Source of the DNA: Isurus oxyrinchus
Lineage: Eukaryota
Length of the DNA: 64,000 nucleotides
Assembly (NCBI GenBank): GCA_026770705.1
Contig: JANJGN010000008.1
Coordinates: forward strand, 137,330,001-137,394,000
Reading direction: 5' to 3'
Under the pieces are notes generated by a model. That model ran no database searches and had not been told where the DNA came from. It saw only the letters and a program-made list of their open reading frames with translations. Positions 25,740 to 38,022 of the stretch are shown one piece after another. The position numbers and the translations under genes were made by a program. Position 1 is the stretch's first letter, and the number at the start of each line of letters is the position of its first letter.

Positions 25740-27235
25740 TGCCTTAAACTTATGTTTGCCAGTACTGCGTCTTTGTGCCCCCCCGCCCTCGCTGACTCTG
25801 CTGTCCTGTTGACCTTGATGACCTTAGTGATCATCCTCTGGCCAGTGGAACATGTCCTGGCCTGGTCATTGGCACATGGGCAGAGGAGATGCTGCCATCA
25901 TCAAAAGCACCCTGACAGGAACCCATAGAGATGACAGGCAGCTTGTGCATCAACATGAGGTCGTTCTGGACCTCCCTGCTCACCATTGATGGACTTAGCT
26001 GGGATACTGGGTACCTCATCCATCTCCACAGACACTGACCATCTGAGGTCATTACCCATGTGAAGGCTTGCAGGTCCCCTGATTCTTTTCCTCGAGCTGC
26101 CTCTCCATGAGAGTCGCCACTCTCTCAATGGAGGAGGTTGTGCGCTTCGCCGTGAGGGTCAACACAGTGCTTATGCTCCACGTGGAATCCTCCATAACGG
26201 GGACCGTGGCACACATACCCTCATGGAATCCTGTCAGATCCTCCAACACATCTCACTGGACATCCAGCATCTGCTGCCTAATGGACAACTCCGGAGGCTC
26301 ATCATCGGCCTTCGACTCAGCATTGTTCTGGTCTCCAGCAGCCCTCTGACTGCTGGCACCCTGAGCATTCTCTCCCTCTGCCTGCGACTCAAACAATTGT
26401 GAAGCGCCCTCACCACTGTTCACCAACATTCTAGCCAAAGATCTAATGCCCACCGAGGTGCTGGTATCTGCACTGGTGCCTGGTTCAGAGAGCAGGTGCA
26501 ATGCAGGTGCATCTGGAGCCTGGGGTCCTCTGGCATCAGAGGTGTGTCTTCGGAGTCCTGTGATTGGCTGTAGGGTGGCAAACCTAAGGGAGAACAACAA
26601 CATGTCATTAGTTTAAGTGATCACACTGTCGCTGTGCATGCCAGGCACCCTGGTGAGACCATGGAGATCTGCATCATGGTGCCATCGTCTTTCAACGATC
26701 AATGGGGAATCCAGTTTTGAGGCTCCCATCAATGATGAGACTACAGAAGAATGTTTGCACCATCCGAAACTCTTACCTCAGTGCACTGCACTCTTACCTT
26801 CATCTGACACCCCAGCCTCCCTGCAGCCGGTTGACCTAGGTGCGTGTCGCCTCTCCAGCTCCAAGGCGTCCTACTCGTATCTGGATCAGATTTGAAGGTT
26901 AGCTGGTCCACAACCTTTCAATATTGTAATGGACCGTCTTCCCCTGAAAGGGTAGAGGAGCACTCTCTACCTGCAGCGCCATTGCAGCCTGGCCAACACC
27001 ACCTGAGGAGCACCTTGCAGAGCCCTCCAAGTCGTGGCCCTCAAGCCACAAGGCACTCAGTCCGAGCAGCCAGGGCTCACCCTTGGCCAGCTCCGGCATC
27101 ATTGACAGTTGGCACTCAGACTCTAATGCTCTTGAGCTCCATGGGGGGTTGGCCACACTTAACACTTCAACACACCGATCCATGCCAACACAGTACTCAC
27201 CCATCCTGAGTGCAGCAAGTTGTAATCATGGCTGC
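25740..27235 (-). pseudogene. Harbinger accessory gene, Myb exon largely deleted
   Basis: Homologous to 61200-63043, with donor GG|GTGAGT ~27200, acceptor ~26585 and a coiled-coil SIRQQMLDVQ...SIERVATLMERQL. Lacks the PRFS..W Myb segment. Confidence 0.75.
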
Positions 27236-28289
27236 TGACCAGCACTACCGGTTTTAAACAGGCCACCAAGTCACCATTGGATCTAACAGCTGACATGCAC
27301 CCGCCCGCCCCTTCCCGACCATTGGGGTGTTGCCATTCATGCTTGGTGGGCCTTAATTGGCCTGCCAGTGTGAAATCGCGGTCGGGGGCCAATCACAGGC
27401 AGCGGGCCATTTCCCAGGCCCTCCCTGGCCCACTGACCGTGCCCACTGCTAACCTCAAAATTCTGACCCAGAGGTAACAAGGAACATTTGCATCTTACAG
27501 GGGTTCCATGAGTAAATAGGGGAAGGTACATTCAATTTTATTGACCCAAAGTCGAGGCAAAACAGAAAACATGAAAGATTTTTATATTTGGAGAAGTTGA
27601 ATTTCGAAGAGGTGTTTGAGGGCAACGGAACCTGAGATGAAAAGGGAAAACGATATTTAAGGATAGGGGCATTTAACTGTTGAGAGTTGCTGTGAGGGAA
27701 CCCACTGAAGACCAGCTTCTTTTTGTGTGAGCTGGTGAAAATCTGTGAAAGTTTCAATTGGAGGCAGCCATCCACTGTTAAGCCAGGAGAGTCTTTGGTT
27801 TAGGAAACGCTTTGTTTCTAGACCACCTTTTGGAATTCCACATCAGAGTGGAAGTATCTGAGAAATCGTGATTATTAAAGTGACAACAAAATCTTGACTT
27901 GGGTAATATTTACTGGATTTTTATGATTAAAAATCTTTAAGGGGTTTTTGCCAGAAAGGTAGTCTAATTGTGTACTTTTGACCAAACACGTTTTTTGGAG
28001 GTTGTTCTGTAAGATTGTTTTAACTGTGGAACTTTTATCTTGTGTGTTGTGTAAGGTACTATAGTGCAGAGAGAGGCCATAGCTCCTGGCCACATCAAAA
28101 AACCTGGCACATCTGCATATTGGGCTTCTTAAAGGGACATCACTCTTAAAACAATATTACAACATCAACGAGGGGAAATAAAACCAAAAATCACTTACGA
28201 AAACACCATAAAACATCAGAAATAGTGACTTCATGTTTACTTCACCTAAGATGCTAGGTGACAGAGAGAAGGTAAGACTCTAGGAGAAG

Positions 28290-31200
28290 GATTGCCATGC
28301 GTCGCTAACTAAGCAAGTTAAAAATAGTACTAAATTGAAAGAAAAAGCATGCAATTCTGCGAAGATTAGTGGCAGGTTAGAAGATTGGACAGAATATAAA
28401 AAAAAACAAAGAATGACTAAAAAATAATAAAGATGAAAAAATTAGAGTACGAGAGAAAACTAGCTAGAAATATAAAAACAGATAGTAAGTGTTCCTACAA
28501 GTATCTAAAAAGGAAAAGAGTAAATAAAATGAGCATTAGTCCTCTATAGAGTGAGCCTGGGAAATTAAAAATGGAAAATAAGGAAATGGTGGATGAATTA
28601 AACAGATATTTTGCATCTGACTTCACAGTAGAGGATACAAATTACATCCCAGAAATAAGTGTGAAAGAGATGAAAAGGAAGGAGGAACTTAAAACAGTTA
28701 CAATCACCAGGGTGAGAGTTTTTTTTTACTCACTCACGGGATATGGGCTTCGCTGGCTAGGTCAGCATTTATTGCCCATCCCTAGTTGCCCTTGAGAAGG
28801 TGCTGGTGAGCTGCCTTCTTGAACTGCTGCAGCCCATGTGGTGTAGGTACATCCACAGTGCTGTTAGGAAGGGAGTTCCAGAATTTTGACCGAGGGACAG
28901 TGAAGAAACGGTCATATATTTCCAAGTCAGGATGGTGAGTGACTTGAAGGGGAACTTCCAGATGGTGGTGTTTCCATCTATCTGTTGCCCTTGTCCTTCT
29001 AGGTGGTAGTGGTCGTGGGTTTGGAAGATGCTGTATAAGGAGCCTCTGTGAGTTCCTGCAGTGCATCTTGTAGATGGTACACACTGCTGCTATGGTGCAT
29101 CGGTGTTGGAGGGAGTGAATGTTTGCGGATGTGGTGCCAATCAAGTGGGTTATTTTGTCTTGGATGGTATCAAGCTTCTTCAGTGCACTCATCCAAGCAA
29201 GCAGGGAGTATCCCATCATACTCCTGACTTGCACCTTGTAGATGTTGGACAGGCTTTGGGGAGTCAGGAAGTGAGTTACTCGGCGCAGGATACCTAGCCT
29301 CTGACCTGCTGTTGTAGCCACAGTATTTATATGGCTAGTCCAGTTCAGTTTCTGGTCAATGGTAACCCCCAGAATGTTGATAGTAGGGGGATTTAGTGAT
29401 GGTGATGCCATTGAACATCAAGGGCAATGGTTAGATACTATCTTGTTGGATATGGTCATTGTCTGGCACTTGTGTGGCGTGAATGTTACTTGCCACTTGT
29501 CAGCCCAAGCCTGGATATTGTCCAGGTCTTGCTGCATCTGAGGAGTCAGGAATGGTGCAGAATATTGTGCAATCATCAGTGAACATCCCCACTTCTGACC
29601 TTATGATGGAAGAAAGGCCATTGATGATTCAACTGAAGATGGTTGGACTGAGGACACTACCCTGAGGAACTCCTTCAGTGATGTCCTGGAACTGAGATGA
29701 TTGACCTTGAACAATGACAGCCATCTTCCTTTGTGCTAGATGTGACTCTAACCAATGGAAATTTTTCCTCTGATTCCCATTGACTCCAGTTTTGCTGGGG
29801 CCCGATACCACACTCGGTCAAATACAGCCTTGATGTCGAGGGCAGCTACTCTCACCTCACCTCGGGAGTTCAGCCCTTTTGTCCATGTTTGAACCAAGGC
29901 TGTAATGAAATCAGGAGCTGAGTGGCCCTGGCAGGGTGCAAACTGGGTATCAGTGAGCAGGTTATTGCTAACCATGTGCCGCTTGATAGCACTGTTGATG
30001 ATTCTTTCCATTACCTTACTGATGATCGAGAGTAGACTGATGGGGCGGTAATTGGCCGGGTTGGATTTGTCCAACTTTTTGTGTACAGGACATACCTGGG
30101 CAATTTTCCACATAGCCAGGTAGATGCCAGTGTTGTAGCTGTACTGGAACAACTTGGCTAGGGGTGCGACAAGTTCTGGAGCACAAGTCTTCAGTACTAT
30201 TGCCGGAATATTGTCAGGGACCATAGCTTTTGCAGTATCCAGTGCCTTCAGCTGTTTCTTGATATCACGTGGAGTGAATTGAATTGGCTGAAGACTGGCA
30301 TCTGTGAAGCTGGGGACTTCTGGAGGAAGCTGAGATGGATCATCCACTCGGCACTTCGGACTGAAGATTGTAGCAAATTCTTCAGCCTTATCTTTTGCAC
30401 TGAAGTGTTGGGCTCTCCCATCATTGAGGATGGGGATCTTTGTAGAGCCTCCTCCTCCAGTGAGCTGTTTAATTGTCAACCACCATTCATGACTGGATGT
30501 GGCAGGACTGCAGACCTTAGATCTGCTCCGTTAGTTGTGGGATAACTTAGCTCTGTCTATCACTTGCTGCTTATGCTGTTTGGCATGCAAGTAGTCCTGT
30601 GTTATAGCTTCACCACGTTGACACCTCACTTTTAGGTATGCCTGGTGCTGCTCCTGGCATGCCCTCCTTCACTCTTCATTGAACCAGGATTGATCCCCTG
30701 GCTTGATGTTGATGGTAGAGTGGGGGGATATGCCGGGTCATTAGGTTACAGATTACTGAGGAAATTATTAGAACTAAAAGCAACTAAAAGCTAACAATTC
30801 CCCAGGTCCTGATTGACTTCTTCCTAGGTTCTCAAAAGAAATAGCTGCTGAGTAAGTGGATGCATTGATTTCAATTTTCCAAAACTCCCTAGATTCTGGA
30901 AAGGTCCCACCAGATTGGAAAGTAGCAAATGTATCTCCTCAGTTCATGTTAGGAGGAAGACAGAAAGCAGGAAACTGCAGGCCAGTTAGCTTAACATCTG
31001 CCTTAAGGAAAATGCTGGAATTTATTATTAAATAGGTTTAGAGGGGCACTCAGAAAATTTTAATTTAATCAGGCAGTGTCAACATGGCTTTGTAAAAGGG
31101 AAGTCATGTTTGACTAATTTATTCGGGTTCTTTGAAGAGGTAACAAGCAACCTGGATAAAGCGGAAGCTGTGAATGTGGTGTACTTAGATTTCAAGAAGG

Positions 31201-32365
31201 CATTTGACAAGATGCCACATCAAAGGTTACTGCACAAAACAAGAGCTCATAGTGCAGGGGGTAACATGTTAACATGGATAGAGAATTGGTTAGCTAAAAG
31301 AAACAGAAAGCAGGCATAATTGAGTCAATTTTGGGTTGGCAAAATGTAACAAGTAGAGTGACAGGGATCAGTGCTGGGCCCTCAGCTATTTACAATCCAT
31401 ATTAATTACTTGGATAATGGGATTGAATATACAGTTGCTAAATTTGCTGATGACACAAGGATAGGTAGGAAGGTAACTTGTGAAGAGGACATAAAACATC
31501 TGCAATAGGATAAAGATAGGTTAAGTGAGTGGGCAAAAATTTGGCAGATGGAAGATAATGTGGGAAAATACAAACTTGTCCACTTTGGAATATTGAAAAA
31601 ACAGCATATTATTTAAATGGGGAGAGATTGCAGAACTCTGAGGGACAGAGGGACCTGGGCATTCTGGTACACGCATCACAAAAAGTTAGTATGCAGGTAC
31701 AGCAAGTGAATCAGAAGGCAAATGGAATGTTGTTGTTTATTGCAAGGAGAATAGAATATAAAAGTAGGAATGTTTTGCTATAGTTGTATTTCGGGTTGGC
31801 TAGACCGTATCGAGAGTACTATGTACAAGTTTGGTCTTCTTATTTAAGAAAGGGCATCATTACGTTAGAAGTAGTTCAGAGAAGGTTCACTTGACTGATT
31901 CCTGGGATGAGGGGGTTATCCTTTGAGGAAAGTTTGGACAGATTGGGCCTGTATCCATTGCAGTTCAAAAGTTTGGGAGGTGATCTTAGTCCTGAGGGGA
32001 CTTGTCAGGGTGGATGCAGAAAGGACATTTCGTCTTGCTGAAGAGACTAGAACTAGGGGACACAGTTTAAAAATAAGGAGTTTTCAATTTAAGATGGAGA
32101 TGAAAAGAAATGTTTGCTCTCAGAGGGTCATGAGTCTGTGGAACTCCCGTCCCCAGAGAATGCTGGAGGTAGAATCATTGAATATTTTTAAGGCTGAGTT
32201 AAATAGATTCTTGATTGACAAGGGAGTCAAAGGGTATAAGGAGTAGGAAGGAAAGCGGTGTTGAGGCCACAATCAGATAAGCGATAATCTTATTGAATGG
32301 CAGAGCAGGCTTGAGGGGCTGAATGGCCTACTTCTGCTCCTAAGTATTTTGTTTGTGCATTCATA
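28290..32365 (+). mobile_element. CR1 LINE (5'-truncated), split by LINE 28720-30755
   Basis: ELNRYFAS before the insertion. PGPD, KSCLTNL, YLDFKKAF, KFADDT and 3' UTR after it. Confidence 0.88.
28720..30755 (-). mobile_element. 5'-truncated LINE, second family, with long RT ORF remnants (29748-30479, 28782-29411)
   Basis: NYRPISLLSIISKVME, LDIKAVFDRVW, GVPQGSVLSP and KKAAHQHLLKGN motifs, plus an A-rich tail. Confidence 0.9.
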
Positions 32366-32379
32366 TGTAAGCTCTCAAT

Positions 32380-33228
32380 TAATGGAAAGCCTCAGTAACC
32401 TCCCATTAGCAATAGTGGATGGCAAACTGTGAGATGTTTCAAATATCTTAAGTTCCAGTCTGGAAACAGCCAGATGCAATGCCACAACCACTGTCAATGC
32501 CATCCTTGCTCTGCTCTGAGTTTGCAGTTGTGATTGCTAAGTTGGCAGATTTCAGTGAGGACATGCTACTTGAAGTGTGGACCTCTCACATATTTTTCCT
32601 CACTGAGCCTCATCTTTCCATTGATGGAAATGGCTTCCTGTTTAGAGCTCTTCTCCCCCTCCTCTTCCTTTCTCTTCCAGCAGCTTGTCCTGCTCTGCGT
32701 AACCTCTGTTGATTCCCCAGTCACACTGTATTCCAAGGGAATGGCTACCAGCACACCATCTCTTGGTTTATGCAGAAGCACTGAAGTCGGAAAAAAGCCC
32801 TTCATCACCTGCCATACCACTCCCTGTAGAGTTGTGCAACTTGAAACAACCATCAAAGGCAACAAACACTTGTACAATTTTCACAGCAGCCAGCAGAAAG
32901 CATTAGAACACTAACCTGTAAGCAGTTGATGATCCCCTTGAATAGCACTGGTGGAGGTCTTTCCTACCACTGAGTATATATTCAGCTGTGCGGGGTTAAG
33001 AAAGTTACCTGCAGCATCGAGCTCCAAAATGGCAATGCTGACATCAAATCAGCATGGTTTGATCTGCCTGCTCTGCATACATCTGCTGGCCGTTTACTGA
33101 TAGCATATTAAAGCCCTCATCAATCTGGTGTCTGGTGTGTTTTTCCCACACCGTGATTGCCATTTTGGAGGTCTACGGGCAGTCATGTCACCCAAAAAAC
33201 AGGCACAGACAATCCCAATTTTGTGCCC
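32380..33228 (-). mobile_element. Old Harbinger left end with N-terminal transposase remnant
   Basis: Terminal GGGCACAAAATTGG. Minus strand reads LSEEKYVR..VLTEICQL..ASGCFQTG..NISQFAIH..EVTEA. Confidence 0.6.
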
Positions 33229-33487
33229 ATTAAATTGCCGATCTACAGCCCCATAGTTTAGGAACCTTCCGGTACCTCACCCAAATGTTCATTCTTTGTG
33301 TGTGAGTCTCAACAGGGGCTGTTGGCAAAACACCCGCCATAGGAGGCACCACGGCTCAACTCCATTGGGTTAAGAGCAAAAGGGACCGTAATCAAAGTTG
33401 CCACCGGGTGAAATGAAACCACGAGAAATTCATAACCACACATGGTTCAAAAAAATAAAAACCTTCCTCAACTGACAAGTTACTTAC

Positions 33488-33527
33488 CAGAGGTCAGCAC
33501 AAATAATAGAAAGATTAGTGCTGTCAT
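33488..33527 (-). CDS. Host gene exon 1: signal peptide MTALIFLLFVLTS (phase 1)
   Basis: ATG in gtcagcATGa context (A at -3), hydrophobic leader, strong donor CTG|GTAAGT. An in-frame upstream ATG at 33575 has a poor context. Joins exon 2 as ...VLTS-V-FC|IEQ, completing a typical signal peptide. Confidence 0.75.
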
Positions 33528-33639
33528 GCTGACATTGTATTTTTGTTTTCCCAATGGTGTTTTAACACAAAGCATTCAATTACAACTTAAATGGTGCCAA
33601 AGCTACTTTTTCTTGTCATGATTGATTGCTGTTTCTAGG

Positions 33640-33835
33640 TGGATTCATAATGTAACTAAGTGGATTATTCATTTGGCCAGTTAGATTGTTACATCACAGA
33701 ACACAGACAAAAGAGTTATTGTCAATGAGTTTGACCAAGCGTGATTGAAAGATGTACTAACCAATCAGCAAGGCTGTCCCTTGTGAAAACTATCTATAAA
33801 AAGCCAATCTCTGTAGCTGTTGCAAAGGCAACTGC
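33640..33835 (-). promoter_or_regulatory. Putative promoter of host gene
   Basis: Unique sequence just upstream of exon 1 with CCAAT (33771, 33804), a CRE/ATF-like TGATGTAA (minus strand, ~33690) and an RFX X-box-like palindrome GTTGCAAAGGCAAC (33819-33832). Motif evidence only. Confidence 0.35.
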
Positions 33836-33869
33836 AAAACTGGTAAGAATGTGGAACTCACTAACACGT

Positions 33870-34562
33870 GGGATGGGCTTTTTCAGGCGTGGGTGTTTTT
33901 CTCCCCGCTGCCACAAAAGTTGCCATGAATCCCACCTCCACTCAGTCTTGCTGCCCCCATAGCCAGTTAACCCTCTGGGGAGGAGGACCCGCCTCCAAAA
34001 GTTGCTGGTAAATCAGATTGGCTGGCGGCTTCCTGCTCCTAGCAGCACCCTGAGGAGTGGTGGCCACTAATGGGACTGCATCTAATTCCGATGAAGAATA
34101 GCCCAGGAGCCAAAGACAGGTAAATTGGTGGAGGGTGGGGAGGGCGGTTCTCAGTGGAGCTGGGAGATGAGGCCCCAGGTGGTGGGGAATGTAATGGGGT
34201 GGGGGCTGAGGTGCACATGATAGGGATAGGGTGGGTGGTGCCCAGAGAAGAGGAATGGCAAATATTCTGGGGATGCATCTGATTGGAAGGCAGCAACCCT
34301 CTTTTCCAGGCTGAGGCTCAAGCATGCTTATCTGTCAGACTTACCGCCCATTGCCAATCTCCTTCTGATAGCCAACAATTTGCAGCTACGTGGTATGTAG
34401 CCATTAGTTAGCCACTTAAGGGCCTCAATTGGCACGAGAGTGGGTGGGTTGCCCAAGGTTTTGCCTGCAGGAGGGCAGGCAGGCAGCAGGAAAGGCAGAA
34501 TTTTACCATGCCCACTACCAACTGCAAATCCACCCACAATATTCTGCCATAAAATTCATGCC
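33870..34562. mobile_element. Harbinger-type MITE inserted in a CR1 3' fragment
   Basis: Imperfect TIRs GGGATGGGCTTTT / AAAATTCATGCC. The flanks rejoin as CR1 'VRMWNSL..EIVE...DVFKGKL'. Confidence 0.55.
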
Positions 34563-35577
34563 AATGAAATAGTTGAATTGATTAACATAGATGTATTTAA
34601 GGGGAAGCTAACTGCATGAGGATGAGAGGAACAGAAAGATACGTTGGGTATTGGGATTAAATGAAAGGGGAGGCACATCTCGAGTCTTGACACCAATTTT
34701 GACCAGTTGGGCCAATTCCCTGTTTCTGTGCTGTAAATTCCATGTGTTTTTATATTATTTCTATTTTAAATATCATACTTTTTATAGTAAGAATTCAGGC
34801 ACAGTATGCAGTGAGCTATAAATAAGAAAACCAACACAGTGAAGTTCAGGGGACTTAAATTTACAATTCACGAATAGTAGAATCCCTCCAAATAGAAATG
34901 AATTCTGAAGTACAGTCTTCTGTCAGATACTCTGGGCAGAATCTCCTCACCCCACCAGCAGCTGGAAGCTTGGAGTGTGGGGGAAACTTAATTTGACGTG
35001 AAGCCCAAAATCAGTTTTCCGACAGCGGGATGAATTTCAGCGGATCCAATTTTCCAACGAGCAATTTCGGGAAAGCCTTTTGCATGAATTAGCATGTCAT
35101 GCATGTCACGCGAGAAATAAGAATGGTGACATTCACAGCTGCACATGGTGTGCCCCTGGTAAGGTTGACTTTGTCCATAATTAACTGCGAGTTTCTGCTG
35201 CATTTTCCTCTTTGGAGAGTGTCTGTAAATGCTTGAAGCCAGGCGGTGGCAGTGCAAGTTACATGGAGGATGTCCAAGAAAGGGTTAGTGAGGAAGGATA
35301 GAGCAATGGCTGGCGAAGGTGGAAGGGATAGTGCAGGCTGTCCGGATGCTCTTTAGATATGGTGCCTGGACCCTCGACCACATGAAGAAACAACGGGAAT
35401 GGTGACTTCCTGCTTGTCCTGCCGCGAGCTCCTCAAGGATGCATATGCAATCAGCTGTACAGCAAGATAGTGCGTGGTCAGCTCTCCTGCTCCACAGCCG
35501 AAATCACTCTCACTTCCGCGCCCACCTCTGAATAGAAACTCCAGAACAGAAGGTTCTGGCCTCTGTTCCCTTCCTAT

Positions 35578-35900
35578 GGGGTGGTGGTGGTGTAGTGGTA
35601 CTGTCACTGGACTGGTAATTCAGAGATCCAGGGTAATGCTCTAGGCACCCAGGTTTAAATCCTTCCACAACAGATGGTGGAACTTGAATTCAATTTAAAA
35701 AGTCTAATGGTGACCATGAAGTCATTGCTGATTGTTATGTAAAAAAAAAAACCATCTGATTCCTTTAGGGAAAGAAATCTGCTACATGTGACTCCAGACC
35801 CACAACAATGTGGTTGATTCTTAAATACCCTCTGAACAAGGGCAATTAAGGATGGATAATAAATGCTGCCCCAGCCAGCAACACCCACATCCCATTAATA
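35578..35900 (+). mobile_element. tRNA-derived SINE sharing its 3' tail with the second LINE family
   Basis: A box GGTGTAGTGG, B box GGTTTAAATCC, 3' AAGGGCAATTAAGGATGGATAATAAATGCTG...CACCCACATCCC as in the 5153/6290/28720 tails. Confidence 0.8.
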
Positions 35901-36344
35901 TTTTATTTTAAAAATCCCCCCACCCCCTCCAGTCAGCAATCACTCACGCTCAGGTACAATCCTAATGTGTACCTAACCTGTTGGTGCCCAGCCATTCTTT
36001 ATGCATGAGTCCAGGCAATGGGTGTTAGCTGTCATTACATTGCACCATCCAGCCTAACAAAGCCACTCTCCTTGACCTGATCTTGTCAGCTTGGTTTCCA
36101 TACACTTAGTCACCAAATGGGTAATCGGACAGTGATTAGAATTGGGACCCAGATTGGTTTCCCACATTACATTCACACAATGTTATAGTCATTTTCAGCA
36201 TCACAACTTTCAGAGGGTAAAGATGATTGCATATGGTGCAGATCAGGATTAAGCCCAGGGCTGGCTCTTTTCTGCGCTCAAAATCACATTCAGCAGCACC
36301 TTCTCCACTAAACTATTAAGGGAGCTAAGCTATCTTGTTTACCT

Positions 36345-36780
36345 TGTCATCTATGAGTTAGAAGGTTGCAGTTTTAAGATCCACTACAGTGACTTGAACA
36401 TTATCTAGGCTGACACTTCAGTGCAGCACTAAGGGAGTACTGCACTTTTGAAGGTGATGTCTTTTGAATGAGATAGTAAGCTGATGTCTTGCCTGACCTC
36501 TCAAGTAGTAGAAAAAAATGCCAACACTTGACGAAGAACTAAAACGATAGCTGTGGGGAAGTGGTGTCCTGGTCAATGTTTATCCATCAAACAATATCCC
36601 TGGAACAGATTAGACGGTCATTTATCTCTGCTGTTTAAGGGACCTTGCTAAGCACGAATTGGCTGCTGATTCCCTACTTTAGAACAGGCACTGCATTTCA
36701 AAAATATTTAATTGGCTTTCCAGCATTTTCTGATGTCCTCTGGTTATGAAAGGTGCTGTATCAATGAAGTTCTTTCTTTC
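36345..36780 (+). mobile_element. Deu-domain SINE (SacSINE1-like)
   Basis: GGCTGACACTTCAGTGCAG, GGTGTCCTGGTCAA, GGGACCTTGCT...AATTGGCTGC, GAAAGGTGCTGTAT..TCTTTCTTTC. Confidence 0.75.
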
Positions 36781-38022
36781 TATATTCTCTTTATGCTAAC
36801 ATCTTGCTTTTTGAAATTCATCCACAGATACCGACATACATATTGCCAGATGAAAGCTGCAGGAAAGATTGTGCTGAAGGGATCACGGAAAAAATTTTGT
36901 CTGTATTGAATCAACAATTATACTGCTTGATTTTTTTGCATGTATTCATTTTATGATTTAGTTTCTTTCCAAGTTGATACATTTTGTTTGTTTTTATTGT
37001 TAATGTATTGATAATTTGGTAGGATTGTAAATTAGTTTTGGACTGACTTGCCTTGGTCTCCCGATGTACATCCCTCTGACCCCCATACAGCGTTTTCACT
37101 TTTCTGGCCTCACTACTAACATTTACTCAGTGTCTCAACCTTCCTACCAGCAAACACTCGGGCTCCAACTTCCATAACCGCACAATCGGCCTGTCCCCAT
37201 ACTGGCCTCTTGACTCGCATCCAGACCAAAGTTACGCTTCTCTGGGCCTCTTAATTCCTGCCACCAGATTTAAACACTTCCATGATTCGTTCCTCATTGC
37301 CTGCTTAACCCAAGCTTTCCCTCATGCTTTCTGACATTCATAACACCAACCCTAGACATTTAGTCTCTCTGGTCTCCCAAATTCACATCCATGCATTGTA
37401 ACTTTCTTTCCCCTGGCCTGCTGGCTCACATCACTATATAAGAGATATTGGGGGAGTGACCAAAAGCATGGTCAAAGGAGGTGGATTTTGAGCAGACTCT
37501 TACAGAAAGAGAAGGAATAAGGCTTGACGGAGTGAATTACAGAGTTAAGAACCTAGGCCACTGAAAGCTTAGCCACTAACTGTGGGGCAAAGATAGAGGA
37601 GTAAACACAAGAGGCAAGAGTTAGAAGGACTTTAGGTTTCTGGGTGCAATTGTTCATTTGGAGGAACTTACAGAGAGAGGGAAAGCTGAGGTCATGAAGC
37701 TTTTTAAGTATAAAGTTGAGAATTTTAAATTGGAGCTACCAAGGGATCAAATACCAATGTAGGTCAATGAGGACATGGATGATCAGAGAGATATAGGCCT
37801 GAACTCTTGAGGGAATGTAAGGAGTCTTCGGCTTAGCCAAATGGCACCAGAACCTCGACTCCAGTAGTCTTGGCCCTGAACCCGGCACTGACCATTTTCA
37901 GCAGCGGGGGAGCAGGGACATTGTAGTTTGCACATCCTTGGTTAACAGTCTGTTATCATCATTGTGGGTCTTAGATGAGGTTTTTCTTGGTCATGATTGC
38001 TAGAGGCTGCTGGAGGCAAGGC

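Larger units (their letters stand above)
23742..27468 (+). mobile_element. PIF/Harbinger DNA transposon, copy 1 (family A)
   Basis: TIRs GGACAGAACTTTT / AAAATTCTGACC, TSD CGG/CAG, convergent transposase and accessory gene. Colinear with 59103-63342. Confidence 0.92.
23468..28060 (+). mobile_element. LTR-like repeat split by Harbinger 23742-27468
   Basis: Begins TGT. Non-coding GT-rich flanks on both sides of the Harbinger with LTR-like composition. Boundaries uncertain. Confidence 0.3.

Noticed and set aside
33771-33850. CCAAT + TATAAAA + CTG|GTAAGA suggesting a divergent plus-strand first exon
   Set aside because: The apparent donor is part of a CR1 3' fragment (TGGTAAGAATGTGGAACTCAC) that resumes after the MITE at 34563, and I could not link any convincing downstream coding exons.
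35578-35670. tRNA-like A/B boxes
   Set aside because: This is the head of a SINE, with no complete cloverleaf.
36828-36956. Plus-strand acceptor (GCTAAC..TCCACAG) followed by 42 open codons (IPTYILPDESCRKDC...)
   Set aside because: No partner exons and no recognisable protein. It sits directly behind a SINE tail. Unresolved without RNA data.
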